Source of the DNA: Herbinix sp.
GTDB taxonomy: Bacteria; Bacillota; Clostridia; Lachnospirales; Lachnospiraceae
Direction: 5' to 3'
NCBI GenBank assembly: GCA_029239365.1
Contig: JAQZBA010000001.1
Location: forward strand, 1 to 38,706
DNA: 38,706 bases
The position numbers and the translations under genes were made by a program. The notes beneath the pieces were generated by a model. That model searched no databases. It saw only the letters and a list, made by a program, of their open reading frames with translations, and had not been told where the DNA came from. Of this stretch, positions 1 to 9,055 are shown in pieces. How positions within the stretch are numbered: position 1 is the first letter of the stretch; every line of letters starts with the position of its first letter.

Positions 1-334
1 CATAGCCCGCTGATAACTTCAGTCCCTTCTCTAGGATTAGCTTCTCCAACTGCCTCATAGCCGGTCCAACGGAACCACCACAGGTGATTAGGGCAAATAC
101 ATAGGAATTATTCTTCATAGACAATGTTTTAATAAATTGCTCCATAAGCTTAGGAATGCTAATATAATAGACGGGAAACACAAATCCTATCCGTCCTTCC
201 GGCGACTCCTTAAGCTCTTTGATACTTGCGCTATGAATTCGGATCACTTCACAGTCCGGTATCCGGCTTGCTAGATCCTTGGCTACCTTCAGTGAATTAC
301 CGGTACCGGTAAAATAATAAATTGTCGTCTTCAT
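1..334 (-). CDS. EFR1-family flavodoxin/ferredoxin protein, N-terminal part (runs off the window start)
   Basis: Not in the ORF track. Manual translation from ATG at 334 (GGAGGTG RBS upstream) gives MKTTIYYFTGTGNSLKVAKDLA...IGFVFPVYYISIPKLMEQFI...YVFALITCGG. This is the flavodoxin-like N-terminus typical of EFR1 proteins; the frame stays open to base 1. Confidence 0.8.
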   Translation of the reverse strand, partial: MKTTIYYFTGTGNSLKVAKDLASRIPDCEVIRIHSASIKELKESPEGRIGFVFPVYYISIPKLMEQFIKTLSMKNNSYVFALITCGGSVGPAMRQLEKLILEKGLKLSAGY

Positions 335-362
335 CCTTCACCTCCAACTAAATCATTATCTT

Positions 363-1085
363 CTAGATATTCTTTTGATTGGGTAAATTATTTACGAAGG
401 TAAGCAGTTCATCAAAGTTTCCCTGCTGATAGATGGAACTATCCAAATCCTCAGGACAGATCAGGCAATCCTTCAGAAGATACGTGTCCATGCCTAAATT
501 AGCTGCACACATGTCCTCTTTCACATCATTTCCGATCATAATACATTCCTGCGCTTCTTTCCCAAGATTCTTAAGTACCTCTAAATAATAATCCATCTTT
601 GGTTTACAATAAGTACTATTATTATAGGTCGTAATCAAGTCAAAATCCTCCGGATCAAGTCCTGCCCAGTTCAGTCTGGTATGGGTGGCCACGGGAGGGA
701 ACAGTGGATTCGTTGCTAATGCGAGGGTATAGCCCTTCTTCTTCAGAATCCGAATACATTCCTTCGCATGGGGATGTGTCAAGGTCGTACTCTTCGCTTG
801 ATGAAATTCATTCCGATAGAATTCGTCAAACAGTGGCTCTAACTCCTTTGCTTTCTCACCCATTACTGAGCAGAAGACGATCCAGAAACGTTCTTCATTC
901 GTCATGGTTCCATCATTTTCTATCATTGCTTTCGTTCCTACCCACACTGCTTTCGTTAGCTCCTTGGGATCATAACCATAAGGGGCGAATTTGGTAGCCA
1001 ATGCTTTAAAGTAGGAATCTAAGAAAAGTTCTTGATCAGGCATAGGAAGCAGGGTTCCATCCAAGTCAAAAATGCAAGTATTCAT
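363..1085 (-). CDS. HAD-superfamily hydrolase
   Basis: Motif I FDLDGTLL, motif II ATNP, Lys in CKP, motif IV MIGNDVKEDM. Confidence 0.9.
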   Translation of the reverse strand: MNTCIFDLDGTLLPMPDQELFLDSYFKALATKFAPYGYDPKELTKAVWVGTKAMIENDGTMTNEERFWIVFCSVMGEKAKELEPLFDEFYRNEFHQAKSTTLTHPHAKECIRILKKKGYTLALATNPLFPPVATHTRLNWAGLDPEDFDLITTYNNSTYCKPKMDYYLEVLKNLGKEAQECIMIGNDVKEDMCAANLGMDTYLLKDCLICPEDLDSSIYQQGNFDELLTFVNNLPNQKNI

Positions 1086-1214
1086 ATGCTCTTCCTTTCA
1101 TAATACCGTGATACGGTTCATACTGATTTTTCCAGTTATATCTCCTACATACTATCAAATTCGACCTCGATATTCAATCCTTTTTCTATAAGAATTCTTA
1201 TGAAAACCTTAGTC

Positions 1215-2471
1215 TTAGATATAAAAATATAAAGACTCAATTAGATATTCCTGCCCATGCTCGTTGGCGCACTTAAGTAAATGATTTTTTACTGTCTGTA
1301 TGGAGGCTTTACCAAAGGTATAGTCCTCCATCAGCTTTTCATAGCGCTTCTTCTCAGCAGCGGTACAATCCTTACTCAAATACCCCCATACATGCTGGGC
1401 GGCATTGGTCTGAGCTCCTGTATTTTCAGGCATCCGGTATGCCCTCTCAATAATCTCATAGAATTCCTTAGCAACCCGATTCTCTTTCTCCTTTAGCAGC
1501 TCCCGGATTGCTTGATAAGCCTTCGCATCCTTACTTAATACATAATACTTATATCTGGCCCATTCCGACTCCAACTTCATTGCTGTGGAATTCTTCAGGA
1601 CAACATGCTTACACTTAATTGCAGACAGATTCTTATCCTTGACTTCCAGCATAATGTCCGGATCAACACTCTTCAACTGTTGATAATATTCGATAAATGT
1701 CGAGATATTGATGGTATCAGAATGGCTCCCCGGTTTCGCTTGGTCCTTCTGCTGAGAATAATGAATCTTTTGCTTTCCGTCCACCTCACTCCAAGTATGG
1801 TTACACTGAGTAATCCACTGGTAATCCGATAACTCTTCTACCGGAGGATTAATATGATGATGGAGATTGTCAAAAATAACTGGCGCACCGCAGACCTTTG
1901 AAATCCGAAGTACCTCGCTGATATTAAAGCATCGTTCATCATTTTCGATCACAAGTCGTCGCTTTACTTCCTCCGGAAGTAGTCCATACTCCCGAATAAA
2001 ACGATTCGCAGCTTCGGTTCTATTATCATATACTCCGCCAATGTGTAGAATTAGCTTATTTGACTGATCTACACCCAAGGCATCCAGTAATCTTGCATGG
2101 TAGATCAATTCCTGTACGGCCTTATCTATCACCTCTTGATGATTCGAATTGAGTACTGTATATTGTCCGGGATGCATGGATACCCGAAGCCCAGCCTTCT
2201 TAATGATAGTTCCGAGCTCCTCGAACACTTCCCTGTAATCCTTCCACCAGTGTACCTTGTTCACCGGATGGGATCCAAAAGGAATCAGCTCTGAGCTGAT
2301 TCGAAACAAATGGATATCGTTTCTACTATTATAATCCAATAGAACCTTCAGTGCTTCCAAGTTCTTAAGAATCAACTTTCGTAGATTCTCATCGGTTGCA
2401 TTTTTCAGTGTACAGCCGGAGATGGAAGTACCCGGAACACCAATCGCTAAGCATGCATAGCCAATCGCCAT
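1215..2471 (-). CDS. uvsE: UV DNA damage endonuclease UvsE/UvdE with C-terminal DUF1722-like extension
   Basis: IGYAC, FRISSELIPF, RVSMHPGQYTVLNS, LHIGG, LVIENDE, FDNLHH, HYSQ, HSD and DIMLEVKDK motifs. About 120 extra C-terminal residues contain NAAQHVWGY. AGGAGG RBS. Confidence 0.92.
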   Translation of the reverse strand: MAIGYACLAIGVPGTSISGCTLKNATDENLRKLILKNLEALKVLLDYNSRNDIHLFRISSELIPFGSHPVNKVHWWKDYREVFEELGTIIKKAGLRVSMHPGQYTVLNSNHQEVIDKAVQELIYHARLLDALGVDQSNKLILHIGGVYDNRTEAANRFIREYGLLPEEVKRRLVIENDERCFNISEVLRISKVCGAPVIFDNLHHHINPPVEELSDYQWITQCNHTWSEVDGKQKIHYSQQKDQAKPGSHSDTINISTFIEYYQQLKSVDPDIMLEVKDKNLSAIKCKHVVLKNSTAMKLESEWARYKYYVLSKDAKAYQAIRELLKEKENRVAKEFYEIIERAYRMPENTGAQTNAAQHVWGYLSKDCTAAEKKRYEKLMEDYTFGKASIQTVKNHLLKCANEHGQEYLIESLYFYI

Positions 2472-2593
2472 AAGCTCCTCCTTTGACAGTTTGAACTCAC
2501 ATCATTCTGCTAATTCAAGTATTGCCATAAATTGAAACCTTATTGAATAACATAATTTTACTACGATACGAACCCGATATGCTATGACATCAC

Positions 2594-3889
2594 TTAACAA
2601 TCATATAACAGCAGCTGCTTCTGCCACTCTGTTTGAGGCTCATAATCCTCCAACGATATACTTCCTGCCTCTAGTAGGATACTTTTCTTAAGGACCTTAA
2701 TCTCTTCTTCTCCCAGTAGCGGATAGATCTTAGCATACTCCTCAGGATAGAAACATTCCTCTAACAGAAGAGTAAGATCGATAATACTTCTGACCTGCTC
2801 GAGAATTAAGGTAACTTTAGCAGCAAGTGTAGCTTGTTGATTCAGCAACAATATGAATTCTCTAAGCTTATCATCCTCCATCGGCGAACCCTCATAGAAT
2901 TCCTCGAGTATAACCCAATCATGATCAACTACAATAAAGAATCGTTCCAAGGTCTTCAGATTGACATTATTCCATAGCCTCTCTGTAAGCTCCGGTATAG
3001 TAACCCTTAGATAACTACTTTGTTCCTCATTAAGTTCAAGCTCCTCCATGAGCTGTGATAAAGACTCCTTAAGCAAGCTTCTTACCTCTTCCTTGTTCCT
3101 ACCGGATAGTATATTTTGTAACTCTACAAGGTCGGACTTTGTTAGGGTAAGCACTGTATAATCCTTTTTCAACATTACACAGCCTATGGCATTGATCAAG
3201 ACCAATTCACAGAGATTAATCAACATATGTTCTGCCTCGCGATCGAAGCAGTGAATCAACCGATTAATAGGATCCGCTTCGAATTTGTTAAGGATCGAAT
3301 CTTCCATGCATAATAAGCTTAGGTATCGCAGAATAAATTCCACACCCAAGTATTCTTCCATTGGAACCAGGAGGGGATAATCAATACTACCAGGAATATC
3401 ATGTGACCCGTATTCTATATTATAATCGTGAAAAAACTTCACAATTCCCTCAAATATAGAATCCTGGTAAGCGATGCTGGCCAATTTACGATCATTCCTT
3501 TGAAGCTGCTCCATCACCAGCATTGCTTCCTTTTTATTTTTTGCAGTTACATCTAATCCACGATAAAACAATACTGACATAGTCTCATTCCTTAACTGCT
3601 CCAGTATCGTCTGTAGATCAGGTATCGTTTTCAGATATGCTCCGATTAAATAAGTAATCGACTGTAATAGTTCCTGTGCTTTCTCAATCGGAACTGAACT
3701 ACTCTCACCATTCGTATAGCGTTCAACTTCCTTCGCCATAAGATCCAGTAGACTAAATTGAAGCTTTTCTATCTGCTCCGGTGTCATTAGATGGTTATTC
3801 GCTACTTCCTGAAGTATTGATTGAAAATAATAACCCTGGTTAAGTGTATTCATATCGATACCCAAATTACTTTTACTTAACGAATTCAT
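2594..3889 (-). CDS. DUF6179-family protein of unknown function
   Basis: 431 aa acidic, helical-looking protein; ERYTNGESSSVPIEKAQELLQSITYLIG and IDYPL segments recalled as DUF6179. GGGAGG RBS, 31 bp downstream of the DUF6323 gene. Confidence 0.7.
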   Translation of the reverse strand: MNSLSKSNLGIDMNTLNQGYYFQSILQEVANNHLMTPEQIEKLQFSLLDLMAKEVERYTNGESSSVPIEKAQELLQSITYLIGAYLKTIPDLQTILEQLRNETMSVLFYRGLDVTAKNKKEAMLVMEQLQRNDRKLASIAYQDSIFEGIVKFFHDYNIEYGSHDIPGSIDYPLLVPMEEYLGVEFILRYLSLLCMEDSILNKFEADPINRLIHCFDREAEHMLINLCELVLINAIGCVMLKKDYTVLTLTKSDLVELQNILSGRNKEEVRSLLKESLSQLMEELELNEEQSSYLRVTIPELTERLWNNVNLKTLERFFIVVDHDWVILEEFYEGSPMEDDKLREFILLLNQQATLAAKVTLILEQVRSIIDLTLLLEECFYPEEYAKIYPLLGEEEIKVLKKSILLEAGSISLEDYEPQTEWQKQLLLYDC

Positions 3890-3920
3890 TCTAAGACCTC
3901 CCTTCTCATTTCACTATCAA

Positions 3921-4427
3921 TTAATATTTTTTCTCATCCCAATCCAGAAAATCCGTATAATCATCTTCATAGCCATTCACTTTTTGATAATCTTTTGTTC
4001 TATAGCGAATATCCCTACAATAATTCTCAAGCATGCTAGATCGTAAAAATTCGATAGATCCATGACACACCTCATCATAGTATAGCTTCATGAGCCCAAT
4101 CAGCTCATCATCGGATATCTCCTCCAGTGATTCCTTCTTAAAATAATAAAAACATTCCTGAAGCTCATTGAGGATTTCCACATAATCCTGTTGGTTAACA
4201 TAAACAGAATCTGCAAACTCCATAATAAGCTTTTGTATGATTCCACCGCCAAATTCAATTCGGCCGGTCTCTTCCAATACCATCTTACGATTTTCAACCA
4301 GCTCCAGTATCTCCTGCTCTGACAGCTTCAGACCAAAACGTGAAGTATAATCATTACAATCCCTAATAATAGTAACAGTCTGTTGATTCATAAGCATAAC
4401 AGGCAAAAACATAAATTGATTGTTCAT
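3921..4427 (-). CDS. DUF6323-family protein of unknown function
   Basis: NDYTSRFGLKLSE, GRIEFGGGIIQKLIMEFADS and FYYFKKESLEEISDDELI segments recalled as DUF6323. Confidence 0.7.
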   Translation of the reverse strand: MNNQFMFLPVMLMNQQTVTIIRDCNDYTSRFGLKLSEQEILELVENRKMVLEETGRIEFGGGIIQKLIMEFADSVYVNQQDYVEILNELQECFYYFKKESLEEISDDELIGLMKLYYDEVCHGSIEFLRSSMLENYCRDIRYRTKDYQKVNGYEDDYTDFLDWDEKKY

Positions 4428-4466
4428 AAGCTAATATCCTTTCTGAAAATAATTTTGAAAAGGGGG

Positions 4467-4495
4467 TTGACAATCATAGATATTTGTGCTAATAT
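4467..4495 (+). promoter_or_regulatory. Strong sigmaA-type promoter facing away from DUF6323 and converging on its promoter
   Basis: TTGACA (4467-4472), 17 bp spacer, TAATAT (4490-4495); TGTG extended -10 at 4485-4488; AT-rich UP-like tract at 4446-4461. No plus-strand CDS follows. Confidence 0.7.
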
Positions 4496-4542
4496 TATAT
4501 TGGAAAATTATATATAATGCATTAAATAGCACAATTAATTAT

Positions 4543-4571
4543 ATTATATACTTCCATTGCTCTAAAGTCAA
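4543..4571 (-). promoter_or_regulatory. sigmaA-type promoter for DUF6323-DUF6179
   Basis: Minus strand TTGACT (4571-4566), 17 bp spacer, TATAAT (4548-4543). Confidence 0.75.
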
Positions 4572-4639
4572 CATCATTTTAAGAACAATAAGTTTGCTAT
4601 AGCAAATACATAAATAATTGCCCATGCAGGGCAAACCTT

Positions 4640-4662
4640 AAAGCCAGCATAGCTGGCTTTTT
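4640..4662 (+). terminator. Intrinsic terminator, possibly bidirectional
   Basis: AAAGCCAGC-ATA-GCTGGCTTTTT. The longer T-run is on the plus strand; it could also end the minus-strand M20 operon. Confidence 0.75.
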
Positions 4663-4735
4663 AGATTCCCTATCTGTAACTTATGATTCATTGTTGACTT
4701 TATTATCTGGAGAGATACTCTCATCTCCTATTATC

Positions 4736-6178
4736 TTAGCACGTCTTCATTAAGCTAATATAAAACTCAACAACCTTGATTAAGCTTGCTATCTTAATTC
4801 TCTCATTATGCCCATGGATTAAGCCTCGTTCCTCCTTGCTTAATTCCATTGCAGAAAATCGGTATACCCGGTCGGTAATTCGGCAATAATGTCTGGAATC
4901 ACTGCAAGCCATCATCAGATAAGGCGAAACAATGGCTTCCGGCCAAGAATTTTGGATTACCTGTACCAGCTTCTTGTATTCCTTACAATCAGTATCTGAA
5001 CAGGGAGACGGATTTACACCATTGACTACCTTAACCTCGATCTGATCATTCGCGATTACCTTCTTTAGGTAGCTCTGTGCTCCTTCCATTGTATCCACAC
5101 CTAACAGTCTCAGATTCGCACCTGCGCTTACCTTGGTTGGTAATACATTAATCGTATTGCTTCCTTCCATCATCGTTAACGCACAGGTAGTTCTCATCAT
5201 TGCATTCAATTCACCACCGGAACTCTTGCCAATTAGATTAAGTAATGGAGAGAAGCACCATAGATTGGCAAATAGAATACGATAGGCAAAGCTACTGTGT
5301 CTGCCCAGTGTATCAAACATGGATCTGACCGGTTTGGTTAATTGAAAATGAAACGGCTTCCTCTCAATTGCAAGTATCGCCTCTGAAATGCTTCCTAGCA
5401 TGGAATGCATCGGAGGTGTAGAGGCATGCCCACCCTTACCCTCTAGAGATATTGAGACATTCGTTATTCCTTTTTCGGCAATACCAATTAATGCAGCCGA
5501 TTTCTTAACCCCAGGGAACACCTTATCAACAACTGCACCGCCCTCATCCAGTACGAGTGCAGGCTTAATCCCCCTATTTTCCAATACTTTTACGATTTCG
5601 GGACAGCTGTCTCCAAAGACTTCTTCCTCACCGGAAAAAGCAAAATAAATGTCCTGTTCCGGTAGAAATTTATCAAAAATCAGATGCTCGGCAGCTTCCA
5701 GAATTCCGCAAAGGGTGCTCTTCGTATCCAACGTACCTCTTCCCCAGAGCGTTCCATTCTCAATGATACCTTCAAAAGCTGGCTTTAACCAGCCACTTTC
5801 ATCAGCAGGTACAACATCATAATGTGACATCAGCACCGTAGGCTGGTCCGAAGCTATCCCCTTAAGGCGATATAAGATTCCGGTTTTTCCTATATATTCT
5901 CTGCTGCAGTTCTTATGTATGAGAGGATATCGCTCCTCTAAGAGTGCTTTAAACCGGGTAAATTCATCCCAGTCGGTTAAGCTCTCATCCATGTTTGATA
6001 TGGTGCGACAGCGGATCATCTCTGCCATATTATCTGTGATCTTATTATGATCAAGGGAATAGGTCACTTCTTCTGTCACTGCTTGTGATATTGGTCGTAT
6101 TAACCATGCACGCATCAGGATAATAAGTAATAATATTCCTACGAGTGCCAACAGGATAAAGCCTATCGATTGAAGCAT
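4736..6178 (-). CDS. M20-family metallopeptidase/amidohydrolase (carboxypeptidase S/PM20D1-like) with N-terminal membrane anchor
   Basis: [33 protein letters not shown] and IHGHNER motifs; hydrophobic N-terminus. Confidence 0.9.
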   Translation of the reverse strand: MLQSIGFILLALVGILLLIILMRAWLIRPISQAVTEEVTYSLDHNKITDNMAEMIRCRTISNMDESLTDWDEFTRFKALLEERYPLIHKNCSREYIGKTGILYRLKGIASDQPTVLMSHYDVVPADESGWLKPAFEGIIENGTLWGRGTLDTKSTLCGILEAAEHLIFDKFLPEQDIYFAFSGEEEVFGDSCPEIVKVLENRGIKPALVLDEGGAVVDKVFPGVKKSAALIGIAEKGITNVSISLEGKGGHASTPPMHSMLGSISEAILAIERKPFHFQLTKPVRSMFDTLGRHSSFAYRILFANLWCFSPLLNLIGKSSGGELNAMMRTTCALTMMEGSNTINVLPTKVSAGANLRLLGVDTMEGAQSYLKKVIANDQIEVKVVNGVNPSPCSDTDCKEYKKLVQVIQNSWPEAIVSPYLMMACSDSRHYCRITDRVYRFSAMELSKEERGLIHGHNERIKIASLIKVVEFYISLMKTC

Positions 6179-6191
6179 TCGTTCCTCCTAC

Positions 6192-6851
6192 TTAAATTTT
6201 ATTCTTACTATATAGAATCCTCGCTGCTCCAATCGAGATCAAAGCACCGACCGGAACTAAGATACCCACAGAACCTGACAGGGAGGGTACACAAATAAAT
6301 AGAATAATCATAAATATCATAGGCGCCAGGGATATCTTCCAGTTCTTGCTTACATACACCACTGCAAGGCCGCCAAACAAAGAAGGGAGTATATTTTCAA
6401 AGGCTGGCTTCAGAGTAGGTGAATTAATAATGGGAGCGAGTTGAGCAAGTAGTAAGACACCGACTGCAATAACGATGGTAGTAACAATGGAGGAGGTTGC
6501 AACCGCTATGGTTGATATTACCTCTCCCTCCTCCGTACCGGATTTAACCTTCGCATTTTCCATCGCACTTAAGGCACTTGGAACCTTAAGATTAGTGAGA
6601 TTACCCGTTACAAAAGCCAGATATGAACCTCCTGTGCCAAGCATCGGAGTAAAGGTAATTACCTCAATTGTCCCAACCGTCCAGAAGATCGGTGCTACGC
6701 CCAGCAATCCTTTAAACACCGGAGTAAATCCCGGCCAGGCATCATAGTAGACACAGATTGCAATCGGAACGCATAGAAGTAATACAATTGCAGTCCAGAT
6801 CCATATCCTCCCGTAAAAATGTGACATTTCATCATAAGATTTCTGTTTCAT
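6192..6851 (-). CDS. Multi-pass membrane protein, partner of DUF5058
   Basis: Start reassigned to ATG 6851 (MKQKSYDE), which follows AGGAGG/AGAGG just after the DUF5058 stop. Contains YLAFVTGNLTNLKVP and several hydrophobic helices. Confidence 0.75.
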   Translation of the reverse strand: MKQKSYDEMSHFYGRIWIWTAIVLLLCVPIAICVYYDAWPGFTPVFKGLLGVAPIFWTVGTIEVITFTPMLGTGGSYLAFVTGNLTNLKVPSALSAMENAKVKSGTEEGEVISTIAVATSSIVTTIVIAVGVLLLAQLAPIINSPTLKPAFENILPSLFGGLAVVYVSKNWKISLAPMIFMIILFICVPSLSGSVGILVPVGALISIGAARILYSKNKI

Positions 6852-6865
6852 GTCCTCTTTCCTCC

Positions 6866-7588
6866 TTATCCTATGATTGGTGTAATCAAGGTTGCGAAAG
6901 CCATAGCTCCGAGCATACTGATCGGCAAGGCATAATTCTGTAACCAATTCATCTTACACTTCTTAATTAATAAACCACATATCCCCATAAGTAAGGCCGA
7001 AAATAAAAGAACAAAGAAGGGTATCCATCCTGCAAGACCACCTCTGATGTCTGCAAATACCATACCTAAGAAAGCAGATATCATTCCTAAAAACATAGCA
7101 GTGATAAATAAATCGCCCCATTTACTATCCTTGTTCTTAATTGAGAGCAGACCCTTCTGAATTCGTTTTAAAAGAATTGGGACTAATACAATACTGGGAA
7201 GTATTCCAACGGTCATTACCCAGGCAATCGCCGAATATACTTTCGGATCCGTTATGGTATCAGAGAGTGATACCTGCAAGGCATTCGCCGTCGTTGTAGC
7301 CGCCGGTAGCTCATATGTAATTGCTCCGATTACACTAAGTCGTATCCATGGAAGAGGTAAACCCAAGAATTTTGATAAGGTCACCACACCTAACAGGATT
7401 GAAACCGCAGGTGCAATTGTAAAGATTGAAGTAGAAATAATTGTCTTTCTAACCTGTCTCATATCCATGCCGATGGCCTTAGCACGCCGGTAGGAACGTA
7501 TGAGGAAGAAGAAAGATTGAGCGATAACAAATAGAATAACAATTACTGCTACCGCATACAGAAAACTACTATTCGGGTCAAAATTCAT
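6866..7588 (-). CDS. DUF5058-family membrane protein
   Basis: Start reassigned to ATG 7588 (AAGGAG RBS). LGLPLPWIRLSVIGAITYELPAA signature and several TM segments. Confidence 0.8.
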   Translation of the reverse strand: MNFDPNSSFLYAVAVIVILFVIAQSFFFLIRSYRRAKAIGMDMRQVRKTIISTSIFTIAPAVSILLGVVTLSKFLGLPLPWIRLSVIGAITYELPAATTTANALQVSLSDTITDPKVYSAIAWVMTVGILPSIVLVPILLKRIQKGLLSIKNKDSKWGDLFITAMFLGMISAFLGMVFADIRGGLAGWIPFFVLLFSALLMGICGLLIKKCKMNWLQNYALPISMLGAMAFATLITPIIG

Positions 7589-7712
7589 GGTGTTTACTCC
7601 TTTTAAGATATTATATTTTATAACAATTCTTCTATAACTTAATAGCTTTGTTATCAAGCTCTTACTATGTTTCATTGTTCCTTGCTATTATTTTCTTGAT
7701 TAATAAACTTCA

Positions 7713-8939
7713 TTATTTAACATTGATATGATTCTCAAGAGATTGGTTCTCAGGAGCTTGATTCTCAGGAGCTTGATTCTCCTGAGTATGACTCTCAATA
7801 GTACGGCTTCTATGGGTATGGTTCTCATGAATATGGTTTTCATGAGTATGACTCTCATGGGCATGGTTGTGATGTGTGTCCGGGGTATGGTTATGACTGT
7901 GAGTTAATGACTCATGGTTATGAGTATGACTATGCTCGCCGACAATCTCCGGATTATGGGTATGAATATGATGACCATCCGAATGATTGTGTTTATGCTC
8001 ATGCATCGCCGCCTCGTGGATATGGGAGTGATAATGCACCTCCGATATTGCAAAATAACAGCCAATCAGCATAATACCAAGCGCTATCAGGAACTGTAGG
8101 GATATTCCCTCCCGGAAAATGATCCAGGAAATAATCACTCCGATAAAGGGGGCCGTCGCATAGAAGGTACTGGTTCTTGCTGCACCCAACGATCTCTGAG
8201 CCTTTATATAACAATAGATACTTAGGCCATATGCTACAAAGCCAAGAAGTAAGGTACCTAGAATCGATGGAAGATGCCTACTGTATTGTCCCATCACGAT
8301 GGAAATCAATAAAGCACCTGTTCCTGATCCAATTCCCTTGATGATAACAATTTGAAGTGGATCCTTGATCGAAAGCTTTCTGGTACAATTATTCTCAAGG
8401 CCCCACAGACAACAAGCAAGAAGAACGAATACTGAGCCCAAGGAAAAGGATAAGCTTTCTCTTCCTTCCAGTGTAAGAACAATACTTGATAAACTGATAA
8501 AGCCAATCGCAATCCACATCCTCTTTCCGATCGCTTCCTTAAATACCAAAAGAGCCAACAAGGAGGTAGCAACAATCTCAAAATTATTCAATAACGATAC
8601 ATTAGCAGGCTTGGTCAATGTTAATCCAAGCATAAGAAGAATTGGTGCTCCTATATCCAGTATAATCATTGCTATCACAAAGGGTAGCTCTTGTCTAGTC
8701 AGCTTCGCTTCCTTCTGATCCTTTTTTCTACTCTTATAAATGTTACGTACAAGTAGCATCCCAAAGCCTGCACCCAGATACAAAAGAGCTGCAATCATAG
8801 TGGGAGGTATCTCCTGTAATAATAATTTTGATAAAGGCGAGCTGATACCATAGAGCGCCGCCGCCATTATTGCAGTTAAAGCAGCACCTATATTAACCAA
8901 TTGTCTTTCAGGTAATTGTTTTTGATTTTTGCTTTTCAT
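7713..8939 (-). CDS. DMT/EamA-family transporter with long His-rich C-terminal tail
   Basis: Two EamA-like repeats (YGISSPLSKLLL, VSLLNNFEIVAT, LWGLENNCTR, AQRSLGAARTS), then about 100 aa rich in His. Confidence 0.85.
   Translation of the reverse strand: MKSKNQKQLPERQLVNIGAALTAIMAAALYGISSPLSKLLLQEIPPTMIAALLYLGAGFGMLLVRNIYKSRKKDQKEAKLTRQELPFVIAMIILDIGAPILLMLGLTLTKPANVSLLNNFEIVATSLLALLVFKEAIGKRMWIAIGFISLSSIVLTLEGRESLSFSLGSVFVLLACCLWGLENNCTRKLSIKDPLQIVIIKGIGSGTGALLISIVMGQYSRHLPSILGTLLLGFVAYGLSIYCYIKAQRSLGAARTSTFYATAPFIGVIISWIIFREGISLQFLIALGIMLIGCYFAISEVHYHSHIHEAAMHEHKHNHSDGHHIHTHNPEIVGEHSHTHNHESLTHSHNHTPDTHHNHAHESHTHENHIHENHTHRSRTIESHTQENQAPENQAPENQSLENHINVK
7725..7859 (-). repeat. Degenerate 15-bp tandem repeat, about 9 units, encoding xE(N/S)(H/Q)x pentapeptides
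   Basis: HESHT HENHI HENHT HRSRT IESHT QENQA PENQA PENQS LENHI; near-identical DNA units ttg(g/a)ttctcaggagc. Confidence 0.85.
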
Positions 8940-9055
8940 ATCATCGTCCGTTCCGTTTCCTGTCGCACTAAATGGTTTGTGCTTGTGAAACCTGAATGTT
9001 AATTAAATACTTGTATAGATTAATTAAACGTCTAGAATATTAGGCCTAGTAATGA

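Larger units (their letters stand above)
4502..4662 (+). ncRNA. Candidate ~160 nt non-coding/antisense transcript
   Basis: Bounded by the 4467-4495 promoter and the 4640-4662 terminator. Internal hairpins TTTGCTATAGCAAA and TTGCCC-ATGCA-GGGCAA. No RBS-preceded ORF. Confidence 0.4.

Noticed and set aside
2472-2593. LexA (CGAAC-N4-GTTCG) box or forespore sigmaF/G promoter upstream of uvsE
   Set aside because: Only a CGAAC half-site is present. GGCAATACTT resembles a sigmaF -10, but the -35 match is poor.
7725-7859. CRISPR-like repeat array
   Set aside because: 15 bp tandem units with no spacers, in frame within a CDS; no cas genes.
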